From Hormiphora californensis (Eukaryota > Animalia > Ctenophora), in contig CM035362.1 of assembly GCA_020137815.1 (NCBI GenBank), forward strand, positions 124,001 to 188,000: a stretch of 64,000 nucleotides of DNA, written 5' to 3'. Below are positions 26,222 to 37,000 of this stretch, piece after piece. Every line of letters begins with the position of its first letter. The first letter of the stretch is position 1. A model generated the notes under the pieces. The model worked only from the letters and a program-made list of their open reading frames with translations, was not told where the DNA came from and made no database searches. A program made the position numbers and the translations under genes.

Positions 26222-29030
26222 TTATCGAGGATAGCGATAACTTCCATCCCAGCTGCATTCCTTTCCAGCGCTCTGCATTTGCTTTTGTTTCAGGAACTCA
26301 GCCCACAACTTCTGTTCTTCTTGCTCACTAAAATCTGTCCAGAGCGGATCGGTGGACCTCCACTTTGCTTTGTACCTAGAAACATGTACATGTAAAAAAA
26401 GGAGGGGTGATGAGAGATTAGCTTTGATTGTCATGTTCGTGTTAGTTTATTCAAAATGTTTGTCCTCATCGCTAATTCCTGTGTGAAGAGGTTACATCGT
26501 TACTAAATCGGGATACTTACGAGTCATATGCAGGGTAGACATCATACCGCTGAGAGAGAACAGCAGCTATACCACACACCAGACCAGGAAACATACCCAG
26601 GGCCATGCCCAGGACCTTGGCTCGGACCCCACGGAACTCGTATCCAGTGCGGAAAAGGCTCATCATCAGCCCACCAAGTGCTCCTGGAGGGGAGGGGGTT
26701 AGAGATTTGGAGAGGTGGTTTAGGGAGAGGTGGGTTAGGGAGGGGGTTAGAGATTGGGAGAGGGAGGGGGAGGGGATTAGAGATTGGGAGAGGTGGGTTA
26801 GGGAAGGGGGTTAGAGATTGGGAGAGGTGGTTTAGGGAGGGGGTTAGAGATTGGGAGAGGTGGGTTAGGGTGGGGGTTAGAGATTGGGAGAGGTGGGTTA
26901 GGGAGGGGGTTAGCGATTGGGAGAGGTGGTTTAGGGAGGGGGGTTAGAGATTGGGAGAGGTGGGTTAGGGTGGGGGTTAGAGATTGGGAGAGGGAGGAGG
27001 TTAGAGATTGGGAGAGGTGGGCTGGGGAAGGGGGTTAGAGATTGGGAGAGGTGGGCTGGGGAAGGGGGTTAGAGATTGGGAGAGGTGGGCTGGGGAAGGG
27101 GGTCAGAGATTGGGAGAGGTGGGCTGGGGAAGGGGGTTAGAGATTGGGAGAGGTGGGTTAGGGTGGGGGTTAGAGATTGGGAGATGTGGGTTAGGGAGAG
27201 GTGGGCTGGGGATTAGAGATTGGGAGAGGTGAGTCAAGGCGAAGATAATTATAAACCACACATTGAGGTACCCACCTCCAGCAACGTATGGCGTGATCCG
27301 ATCAGTGTCGTTATTGTACACCCCCACCAGGAGGGGCAGACCAAGTAGGCAGGAGGTATACACTCCCGTGCGAATCATAACAGGGTAGGAATAACCCAGA
27401 ACTCTGTGAGAGATATAATAGGTCTGACGTATTTTAAATAACTCGCTTGAAAAGGGATATATTTGAGCAAGAGTATTAATTTATCTTACAGGGGCTTAGT
27501 TACTCACGCTATAGCCCGATGGTTTGACCTCATTCGGTGCATATCTAGCTTAGACTGGTATACCATCAACTCGTTCATCTGAATAGAGGAGTTGTTATGT
27601 TCTAACCCTCCCGAAACACGGTCTAGCCAGGCAATAGAGGAGGACCATGGTAACAACTAACGACATGTTACCATGGTAACAACTAACGACATGTTACCAT
27701 GATAACGAATAGCGACATGTTACCATGGTAACGACTAACGACATGTTACCAATTACCATGGTAACAACTAACGACATGTTACCATGGTAACAACTAACGA
27801 CATGTTACCATGGTAACAACTAACGACATGTTACCATGGTAACAACTAACGACATGTTACCAATTACCATGGTAACAACTAACGACATGTTACCATGGTA
27901 ACAACTAACGACATGTTACCATGGTAACAACTAACGACATGTTACCATGGTAACAACTAACGACATGTTACCATGGTAACGACTAACGACATGTTACCAT
28001 GGTAACAACTAACGACATGTTACCATGGTAACAACTAACGACATGTTACCATGGTAACAACTAACGACATGTTACCATGGTAACAACTAACGACATGTAA
28101 CGAACGAACAAATTTACTCATTTTTGTGCAACAGTCAAGGGGATGCAGTGAGGTTGCACAAATCAACGGGAAACATAGCTTTTGCTGACATTTTAGTGGA
28201 TACAATTAGCATTGGTAAGTAAATAGGGGCCCCAGTAAAAACTACATATATAACGCCACAAAGCATTAAACTAAAAATTCGTGGAATTGACCATATATAT
28301 GGGCATGCACATTGTGCACCCATATTTGGTCAATTTTTTTGTTCCAATCTCCCATGTTACCATGCAACGCTGAGCAGCTGCTACTATCTTAATTATCTAA
28401 CCAAGATATATATAATCTTTCAGCAGACACAGGTACTTGATACCTACCTATAATATAGTGGTTACGAAATGACCCCTCGTGCGCTGGCAAGCGAGGGATA
28501 ACTTCGTTCCCAACCTATATATAATTAATACAATAATCACCTCATTAAAGCGTGCATTGGCAGCCTCGTATCCCTGGTATCCACCAAGTATACCCACGAG
28601 AGAGCAGAGCAACATAGTGCTGGTCTTCCACAGCTCGTATCTGTCTATCTGCGGGGGAGGGTGGGGTTATGAGGGTGGAGGGGGGTGAGCAACATAGTGT
28701 TTTTCTTCCACGACTCGTATCGGTCAATCTGCGGGGGGGGGGGGGATGAGGGGGTTATGAGGGGGGGGGGGGATAAGTGGGTGGATGGTGGTCTATCTGC
28801 GGAGGGGGGGGGGGGTGATTTCATGGTGTTACCAATTACCATAAAGGTAACCGTAAAGGCAACCCTAAACTATTATCATGATTATGAAAATGAAGTTTTT
28901 TTTAAACCTGATATCGTGTCCGAGGGTCATAAGTGTGGATGTTTTTGTAGTCGTTCTCCCAGATAAACCTCCGCAGCCTTGCTACCCCGGGGGAAGTTTT
29001 ATACCACTGTGACACCCCTTCCATGCTCAT
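26222..29030 (-). CDS. TIMMDC1: TIMMDC1-like Tim17/22/23-family mitochondrial inner-membrane protein; exons ~29030-28908, 28648-28541, 27578-27508, 27403-27276, ~26683-26522, ~26376-26222 (further 5' exons possible)
   Basis: GT-AG exons join in frame: SPGVARLRRFIW..LVGILGGYQG..RFNEMNELMVYQSK..VMIRTGVYTSC..VGVYNNDTDRITPYVAGGALGGLMMSLFR..G.RA..LGMALG. This matches the remembered TIMMDC1 layout (GWDRLRELF..GG..QAEIY..RTAVF..VYR..AG..GSLFR). Confidence 0.72.
26690..27230. repeat. Intronic G-rich minisatellite, ~32-33 bp unit (agagattgggagaggtgggttagggagggggtt)
   Basis: Seen directly. It fills most of one intron of the TIMMDC1-like gene. Confidence 0.95.
27645..28098. repeat. Intronic 26-bp tandem repeat (accatggtaacaactaacgacatgtt), ~17 copies, containing the palindrome TGTTACCATGGTAACA
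   Basis: Seen directly. Units are near-identical with no unique spacers. Confidence 0.97.
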
Positions 29031-30419
29031 CTTCAACAAGTGTGTTCTGTCACCTGGGGAATATCAGTGGGTGAGATGAGAGAGGGAGTGGAAGAGGAAG
29101 TGGAAGAGGGACTAGAAGAGGGAGAAGAAAAGGGAGTGGAAGAGAAGGGAGTGGAAGAGGGGGGGTGGAAGAGGGGGGGGGTGAAGAGGGAGAAGGAAAG
29201 GAGATGGTCTACCAAATAATGTATCCGTCATTCGGTGTAACCTTTTTATCTTATTCGTTACTACTCCCACAGTTCTTGTCTTTTTCCAACAGCTGCTGCA
29301 CCTATCTTCCCACGCCCTATCATATCTTTCCTCTTAATCCTCTAACCGATAACCACAAATAACCCTCTCTTGCCCCTAGAACAAGCTTGAAAAGCTCTCG
29401 GCGTCAAGCTTACCCACTATGTTCACACCCAGAGGAGGCAGCTAGGTACTCAGAGAGGGGAGAGAGAGAGGGGGTGAGAGCAGAGGAGTACGTGGAGAGA
29501 AGAGGGACAAAGAGTAAGAGAGGGACAAAGAGTAAGAGAGAGAGAGGGAGAGTACCGGTGTGAGGCGGCTGTAAAGCTTCTACTTCCTGCTAGGAGTGTG
29601 ACAAGCTCTAAACATAGATGCAAGTTGCAAGTTGTTAAAGTTACTCGCCGGGTAAACTTTATAAAAACATAGGACGAACAGCGAGGGGACAGCGAGACTT
29701 GAGCTACAATCTGAAGCACATAAAGTTTCTGAATTAAAAGACATGTTGGATCTTCTTCTTCTTTGAGGCCGTCTCCACAATGGTTGAGATTAAGGGATGG
29801 GACCATAGAGATTCCTTTCCCCGGCCTGGCAACATGTTGGATCATCCCAGCAAAGAGTCGGATTTGTTTTGAAACACGATTAGTTATCAATAATGGTGAT
29901 GATCCTGTATCCAATAACGCGAGAAAGAACATGTTAAATATTTTAGTTTTAGTCGAGCCCAAGACAGAAGTTTCAAACTAACATGGCTCGGAACACGCTG
30001 TGAGACTCTAACCGATCTCCGTATAATCACTCCACGGCAGGCAACACAGTGAAAGTTTTCGTGGAGCCCAAGACAGAATTTTCAAACCAAGTGAGAGCTG
30101 TTAGGTGGGAAGAATAAGAAACGGGTCTAGTTAGACTAAAGACTTCGGTCCCCCACTAATGTATCAATGCAGTGATTCTCAAACTAGTTGTAGGGCTTAT
30201 ATATATCAGGTGCATATGTGTATCTATATGTATCTATATGTATGAATTTTTATGGTGCCTCAAGATTAAAACTCATTGAGTAATAATACCACTATAGTAA
30301 TACAGCTAGTGAGATGAGGTGTGTTATATTGACACAGTCATACGTGGCAGTGGAGACTGAATATTAAGCAGGAATTGATGACCATGTGACACAGCCCTCC
30401 CTCTCCCATTCCCTCTTCA

Positions 30420-30449
30420 TATAAAAGGATAGGATGATAGTGATTCAGT
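30420..30449 (+). promoter_or_regulatory. TATA box (TATAAAAG) plus Inr-like TCAGT
   Basis: TATAAAAG at 30420-30427 and TCAGT at 30445-30449, about 27 nt apart and 24 nt upstream of the signal-peptide ATG at 30473. Confidence 0.6.
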
Positions 30450-30472
30450 GCATTTTCTCACTATTCCCGACC

Positions 30473-31759
30473 ATGAGATTTCTTGTACTAGCTACCATCC
30501 TCATAACAACTGTTGCCACGGCACCTGTGGCCCCTGAGCTGCCCCAATGTGTTAAGCAGTGTAAGGCTCCCCCTACTGGACCCCATGTTCCTGCCCCCGT
30601 CCACGACTGTCTGAAGAGGTGTCACACCACTGAACTGAACGCATCTACCAAGAGTGCAACTACCGCCAAGGCAAAGTATGATGCTGCTGTCAAGACTGCA
30701 ATCACCGCTAAAACAGAGAAAACAACCACTGCTGCTGCGGCTGCTAAAGCGGCTACTGCCAAGGTTCTGGCCAAGAAGGAGCTGGATGCCGCCAACACCG
30801 CCGCAACCAAGGCAACAGCTGACAAGGCTGCCAAGACCACCGCCCAGAAAGAGGCTGCCAGCAAATACACTACTGCCAGTACAGAGGAAACTAACGCCAA
30901 GGCCACTGAGACCAAGGCTAAGGCCTCCGCTGCCGCTGCCAAAACCACCCTTGATGCCGCCACCAAGGCTTTGGCCACTGCCAACACCGCTCTCGCCACG
31001 GCAACTGCCAACCAGAAGACTGCCGATACCAAGTACAAGGAAGCAGTTGCCGCAGAAACCAAGGCAAAAACTGCTGAAACAACAGCTGTGGGAGCAACTA
31101 AACTGGCAAAAGCAGCCCATGATGCCGCCAAAACGGCAACAGCCAAGGCTAAAGCAGCTTACGACAAGGCTGTAGCGGCCGAGAAGGATGCTCTGACCAA
31201 GTTTAACGAGGCTACCGCTGCTGAGACCAAGGCTAAGGCAGCTGTAGTTACTGCCACCGCTGCTGCCAAGGCCGCCAAGACCACCTTGGATTCTGCCAAT
31301 ACTGCCCTTACCAATGCTAAGGCAACTGTAACCAAGGCAACCGCTACCCAGAAAGATGCTTCCGCCAAACATACCACCGCTGCCGCTGCCCAAACCACAG
31401 CTACGGCCGCTGTGGCCATCAAGACCACTGCCAAGGCTGCTGCCAAGAAGGCTCTTGATGCCGCCAACGCCGCTCTTACCAGCGCCACCGCTGCTGAGAC
31501 CAAGGCCATCGCCGCCCAGAAGGCCGCTACCACCAAGTACAACGAAGCCGTTGCCGCTGACAAGAAGGCCACTGAAGCTAAGGCTGCTGCAGAGAAGAAG
31601 AACACTACAGCAGAGAAGGACTTGGCTACGCTGAAGAAGGCGTATGAAACAGCCGCTGCCAAACAGAAAACAGCAAAGGGGGCAAAGATCCGACCACCTA
31701 CTCCTACTCCTCCTCCTCCCCCTGCTCCTCCTGCACCACCCAAGAAGAAGGGATTCTAA
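30473..31759 (+). CDS. Secreted Ala/Lys/Thr-rich coiled-coil protein, paralog 1 (signal peptide, CX3C..CX3C motif, 56-aa repeats, poly-Pro/Lys tail)
   Basis: Intact intronless ORF. MRFLVLATILITTVATA is a signal peptide, followed by PQCVKQC..HDCLKRCH, five 56-aa units and RPPTPTPPPPP..KKKGF. Confidence 0.85.
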   Translation: MRFLVLATILITTVATAPVAPELPQCVKQCKAPPTGPHVPAPVHDCLKRCHTTELNASTKSATTAKAKYDAAVKTAITAKTEKTTTAAAAAKAATAKVLAKKELDAANTAATKATADKAAKTTAQKEAASKYTTASTEETNAKATETKAKASAAAAKTTLDAATKALATANTALATATANQKTADTKYKEAVAAETKAKTAETTAVGATKLAKAAHDAAKTATAKAKAAYDKAVAAEKDALTKFNEATAAETKAKAAVVTATAAAKAAKTTLDSANTALTNAKATVTKATATQKDASAKHTTAAAAQTTATAAVAIKTTAKAAAKKALDAANAALTSATAAETKAIAAQKAATTKYNEAVAADKKATEAKAAAEKKNTTAEKDLATLKKAYETAAAKQKTAKGAKIRPPTPTPPPPPAPPAPPKKKGF

Positions 31760-32452
31760 AGAAGATCATGACTGTGGACCTTCCTATCTTTCATAAACCT
31801 TTTTCAGTTCAAAAGTTCAAAACACTAATTGTTTTCATTGACTAAAAACTTAATTCATCATCACGATCGACTTTGACAACGAATCGATGGCAATATATGA
31901 AAAGCCAATCTTCCAATCACTCTTCAATCAATACGATTGTATCGGGGGCTATCTTGAGGGATATATTAGGGGATAATGGATATCTTGGCTAATGGGATAT
32001 ATATTGGGGGGATATATTGGGTTGGGGGATCCGGGATATATTGGGTTGGGGGATAATTAGGGAGAATAATGGGGGCGGGGTATATATGATGTATCGCTGC
32101 TGTCTATCTCACCAAAGAAAACCCCTTAACTAATTGAGGTGTGTCTCAATATATAAAATACAGACACACCTACTACTTATTATACCGGATGGTAACCCTC
32201 ACCACATACTGGCGTTTACAGGTGCAGCAGCTAATATACATATCATAACTGAACTTCTAAAATCTTTCATCATTATGTCATGATGTCATACATCACACTA
32301 TACAGCTGGTATAGTGGTTGATTGTTTCCAAATCACTGACGTGTCTTGGAGACTAGCGACCAGGAAGTTGAGACCATCACGTGATCCTCACGAGGTACAG
32401 GATTTCTAAAAATCAACTGAGGGGGTAACAGCTCTTTCAGTTCTCAACCACC

Positions 32453-33770
32453 ATGAAACTTGTTGTGTTAATACTAGGCGCTCTTGTCGCCTGTACCTTC
32501 GCAGCCGCCCCTGAGCTGCCCCAGTGTGTCAAGCAGTGTAAGGCTCCCCCTACTGGACCCCATGTCCCTGCCCCCGTCCACGAGTGCCTGAAGAGGTGCC
32601 ATGCAAGCGAGCTGGCTGGATCCAACCGAGGATATGCCGCTGCCAAGACCAAGTACACCGCCTCTGTGAAGAGTGCCGCTGCTGCTAAGAAACTCGCCGC
32701 TTCCACCACTTCTGCCGCCGCCAAGGCCACCACCGCCAAGGCCATCGCCAAGAAGAACCTTGATGCCGCCAACGCTGCCGTCACCAAGGCCAAGGCCGCT
32801 AAGACTTCCAAGACCACCGCCCAGAAGGCCGCTGCTCTCAAGTACAAGACTGCTGGCACCGCCGAGACCGCCGCCAAGGCCACTGAGACCAAGGCTAAGG
32901 CCACCGCTGCCGCTGCCAAGACCACCCTTGATGCCGCCACCAAGGCTGCTGCCACCGCCAACGCCGCTCTCGCCAAGGCTACTACTAACCAGAAGGCTGC
33001 CGATACCAAGTACAAGGCTGCCACTGCTGCCCAGACCAAGGCCAAGAGTGGTGCTACCGTCGCCGCTGGTACCGTCAAGATTGCCAAGGCTGCTCTTGAT
33101 GCCGCCAAGAAGGCAACCGCCGCTGCCAAGGCCGCTTACGTCAAGGCCCAGGCTTCTGAGAAGGCTGCTCTGGCCAAGCTCAACGCTGCTACCGCTGCTG
33201 AGACCAAGGCCAAGGCTGCTGTTGTCACTACCACCGCTGCTGCCACCGCCGCCAAGACCACCCTGACTTCCGCCAACACCGCTCTTGCCGCTGCCAAGGC
33301 TGCTGCCACCAAGGCTGCTGCTTCCAAGAAGGCTGCTGCCACCAAACATACTGCCGCCGCCGCTGCCCAGACCAAGGCTACCGCCGCTGTGGCCATCAAG
33401 ACCGCTGCCAAGGCTGCTGCCAAGAAGGCTCTTGATGCCGCCAACGCCGCTCTTACCAGCGCCACCGCTGCTGAGACCAAGGCCATCGCTGCCCAGAAGG
33501 CCGCTGCCACCAAGTACGCTGCCTGCTGTCGCCGCTGAGAAGAAGGCTCTTGCTGCCAAGACTGCCGCTGTTACTAAGAACACCGCCGCCGCCAAGACCG
33601 CTGCCTCTGCCAAGACCGTCTACACTGCCGCCGCCGCCAAGGCCAAGGTTGTGAAGGGATCCAAGATCAGACCTCCTACACCTCCTCCTCCCCCTCCCCC
33701 TCCTCCTCCCCCTCCCCCCAAGAAGAAGCCTGCTCCCAAGAAGGCTGCTCCCAAGAAGAAGGGATATTAA
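32453..33770 (+). CDS. Secreted Ala/Lys/Thr-rich coiled-coil protein, paralog 2; one 1-nt frameshift at ~33523
   Basis: Same architecture as paralog 1. ORF 32453-33538 continues in the frame of ORF 33285-33770 (AVAAEKKA..RPPTPPPPP..KKKGY). Strong GCC/GCT/AAG/ACC codon bias and AATAAA at ~33809. Confidence 0.85.
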
Positions 33771-34055
33771 ACACTCGGAATGAACACTAAACTTTCAAAT
33801 ACCAAATGAATAAATGATTCTTACCGATTATTGTTTGAGTATTTTCCTCTAAATATAATTCGTTTTCTTTCCATCAAGACATTTCATACTAAAAAAGGGT
33901 TCGAGTTAGCAAACCATCTAACGAGATGATAACCACATCCCCATTAAAAAGTAAAAACACCAGTCATTACAAACAAGCAAAAGTCATTGTTTCACAATTC
34001 AAATTAGTAAGGCGATCACTCCAATTCTACAAAGTTGTGTTTTGTCCTTCGTCCA

Positions 34056-37000
34056 TCAGTTATCTGTGAGGATACTGGAACTAGGTTTCGGCTCCAAATA
34101 TCTTACTTGCTCTTCAGCACTCTCAAATCGATTGTAGTGAACATCGTTCTGGGAAGGGAATCGTTAGATCGTTATGCCCAAATAAGGAGTTACAACAACA
34201 CCTAATAAGGAGAAAGGGGTGCTTACCTGACGATATCTGATTTCCAAAATAGTTGAACTCTTCTGTCGAATGTGGTCATATTTGATTCTTCCTGGTAATA
34301 GAGAGGGTGGTGGGCTTAAAATCAGGAATAAGAAGAATTTAATTGGTGTTTTGGGCTATTAAGATTGGTGGAATAAGAAGAATTTAAGAAGAATTTAATT
34401 GGTGTTTTGGACTGTTAACACTATGATTAAGGAATCAAACATTATAATTCCGTTCAACAGTGGGGTATTAAGGGGTGTGGACAGTCTGGAGAGAGGGGGG
34501 GGGAGGACTCCATGGCTCAGTTCGTTTACCTGTTTTAATCCGGTCGATAATATCAAACATCTTATCACTCACTTCCTCCATATTAACGTATTCAAACTCT
34601 GAAATAGAGAGTGGGCTTTGAGGGGAGGGTTTCACCAAAAAAAAACCACACAAGCTTTGGTAACGAAGTAAGTAACCCCTCCCTTGCCAGCGCGCGAAGG
34701 TCGCGAGAGAGGTTATTTCGTAACCAAACACAAGCTGCAAGCACAGCAAAGCATGCTTTTACACCTCACCAAATACACACAAACACACACACTCTCTCCC
34801 TCTCTCTCTTCCCTACTAACACAGATGGTGGGCGGACTCTAGTGCTAATAATAGATCTACCGCGGCCAACTAAGTAAAATTTTCTCTTTATACAATACTT
34901 GAAAAACACAGAGCTAAGCACAATAACTGACTTGGCAGCGCCACGTACAGGGTATAGCGCGACGTGCCCAAATAACTGACTGAGCAAGGGCGGAGGATAT
35001 TGTGGGTTTTCTCATAACTCATTTTACCAGTAACCCGCCTTTACATTTGGAAAGAGGGTCAAGCAAGGCAGCTTTGAGTTGGGGCCACTGTGGGACCTCC
35101 GAACTGGTCTCGCGTGTGTTAGCGTGTGTTCAGGCATTCAGGAAAAAAGACGTTGATTCAGGTGTTAAAACAAATAGCTAATATAACAAGCAAGGGATGA
35201 TGAAAGCAAGGGATGATGAAAGTGGATGGAGTATCACGAGGAGGAAAGTTGAAGAGTGTCTTGATCAGATCAAGACTTGGATGGTTCAGCATTGGCTGAA
35301 GTGTAATGAGTCGAAGACGGAGCTCCTTCTTCTAGGGAAGAGCAGTGCCATTGACAAGCTGGCTTTTGAGCCCTGTATTAGGTTTGGGGATGCAGATATC
35401 TACCCAGTTGACTTCACAGGTACTACCGGAAAGACTCTGGGTATTTATATGGATGAGAACCTGACATTGGAACGTCAGGTGAACAGTGTCAGAAGAAACT
35501 GTGGAATGCTACTGAGGAATTTATGGCAAGTCCACCGATGCCTGGACTTCTCTACCAGAATCCTTCTTGTTAAGCAGCTGGTTATATCCCGCTTGGATTA
35601 CTGCAATGTCCTCTACGGAGGTTTGCCAATGAAGCTCATCTCTCGGTTACAGAAAGTGCTCAACTCTTGTATAAGGTTTATCTATGGGCTCCACGGTCAT
35701 CAAGAGGACTACCTCCTTACATGAGGGAAACCCACATTCTCCCTGTGGAGCAACGGGTGATCTTTAAGGCCTGTCTCATGGCCTATAAGATTGTACATGG
35801 AAGTGCTCCAGATTACCTCATTGAGCAAATACCTACAGATATCGTTGATGTTACTTGCCGTACCAGATCGACTGCTGTTCCAGACCCTTATAAGCTCCAG
35901 TACCCGAAGCTGTCGAGCATTAATGCAAATTCTAAACTGAGGAAAAGGAGACCATCTGTTCTCCTGCCAGATCTGTGGAATGCACTCCCCCTTGAGTTGC
36001 GATCTCGGCCTGCTGTGGAATCTTTCAAAACGGGGTTAAAGACAAGATTGTTTGTGGATGCCTTTGGATCAGGCTAGTTTCGGTTGTTCTTCCTTTTTTC
36101 CAGCCTACATCTTTTCTCGGTACCTACTCCTCCCATCCCGCTGTACTGTCTAGCGTAAGTATTGTACTTAGGTCTGTATCTTACCTCGTGACAAGTTTTT
36201 AACTGATCTTTATTCGATGGGTTTGCAGCATGAGTGAAGCACGAGTGTGTAATTTTATTCCGATTTTCAGTTATCCAGTTGTTCAGAATCTGTTGTCTGA
36301 ACATTTGATCTGTGTCTATATTTGGAGTGATGAAGTGACAGTGGTGACATATATCCTGTGGCCTTTTTTCGAGTTTTTTCTATTTTGGTCTGTTATGAGC
36401 CTAATCTGTTTTCCACTTATGTGAGCCGGATAATTTGGATTTTTTCCACCGTTTTTTTGTTTGAGTCTCTATATTTGGGTTAAGAGTTAGTTAACTGCTC
36501 TGAGTTTCCTCCAGTGGCAGCATCTGTAAAGCTCTGCTGTCCCTGTAGAATATGGGCAGGATATAAGTTTGAATATTATTATTATTATTATATATACCGG
36601 CCTTTATACCTGATGGGTGTATCCCTGCCTCCCTTGCCAATCTCTCTAACTCATTCATCTCATCCCTGGCCGCCATAACACCTTTATGAGGGTCAGTGTT
36701 GAAATGTGCCTTCCAGATTGCCTCTGCGTTGAACTATGTAACACAGTGGTGGTTAGATAGTGGTGGTCAGAGAATAGATCGAGGATTACCTCGATCAAAA
36801 ACAAGATTGTTTTCATTTCAGACTGTCATTTAATATCGATTTTGAAGGACTTTGTTCACTTACAAAGTTTTTAAACAAGAACATTGCATATCCCCAGGTA
36901 TCAAACTCCTCCCATTGCGAGTATTTCAGGTCAGGCCTTATCAGGATAGTCCACAAGTCGTGCACATAGAGGGCTATTGAATAGGCTACAAATGAGACAA

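Noticed and set aside
27645-28098. CRISPR array (palindromic repeats)
   Set aside because: Units are contiguous with no unique spacers, there are no cas genes, and it lies in a eukaryotic intron.
29380-29962. Extra 5' coding exons of the TIMMDC1-like gene, or a separate 170-aa ORF
   Set aside because: Candidate splice sites could not be joined in phase, and the ORF ends in a CT repeat; possibly UTR.
30488-33613. Long Gly/Ser-, Ala/Val- and Pro/Arg-rich ORFs in other frames
   Set aside because: Shadows of the GCC/AAG/ACC-biased coiled-coil genes.
30473-33770. Type I antifreeze protein or histone H1-like protein
   Set aside because: Periodicity is 7/56 rather than 11-residue Thr spacing, and the signal peptide plus Cys module argue against a histone.
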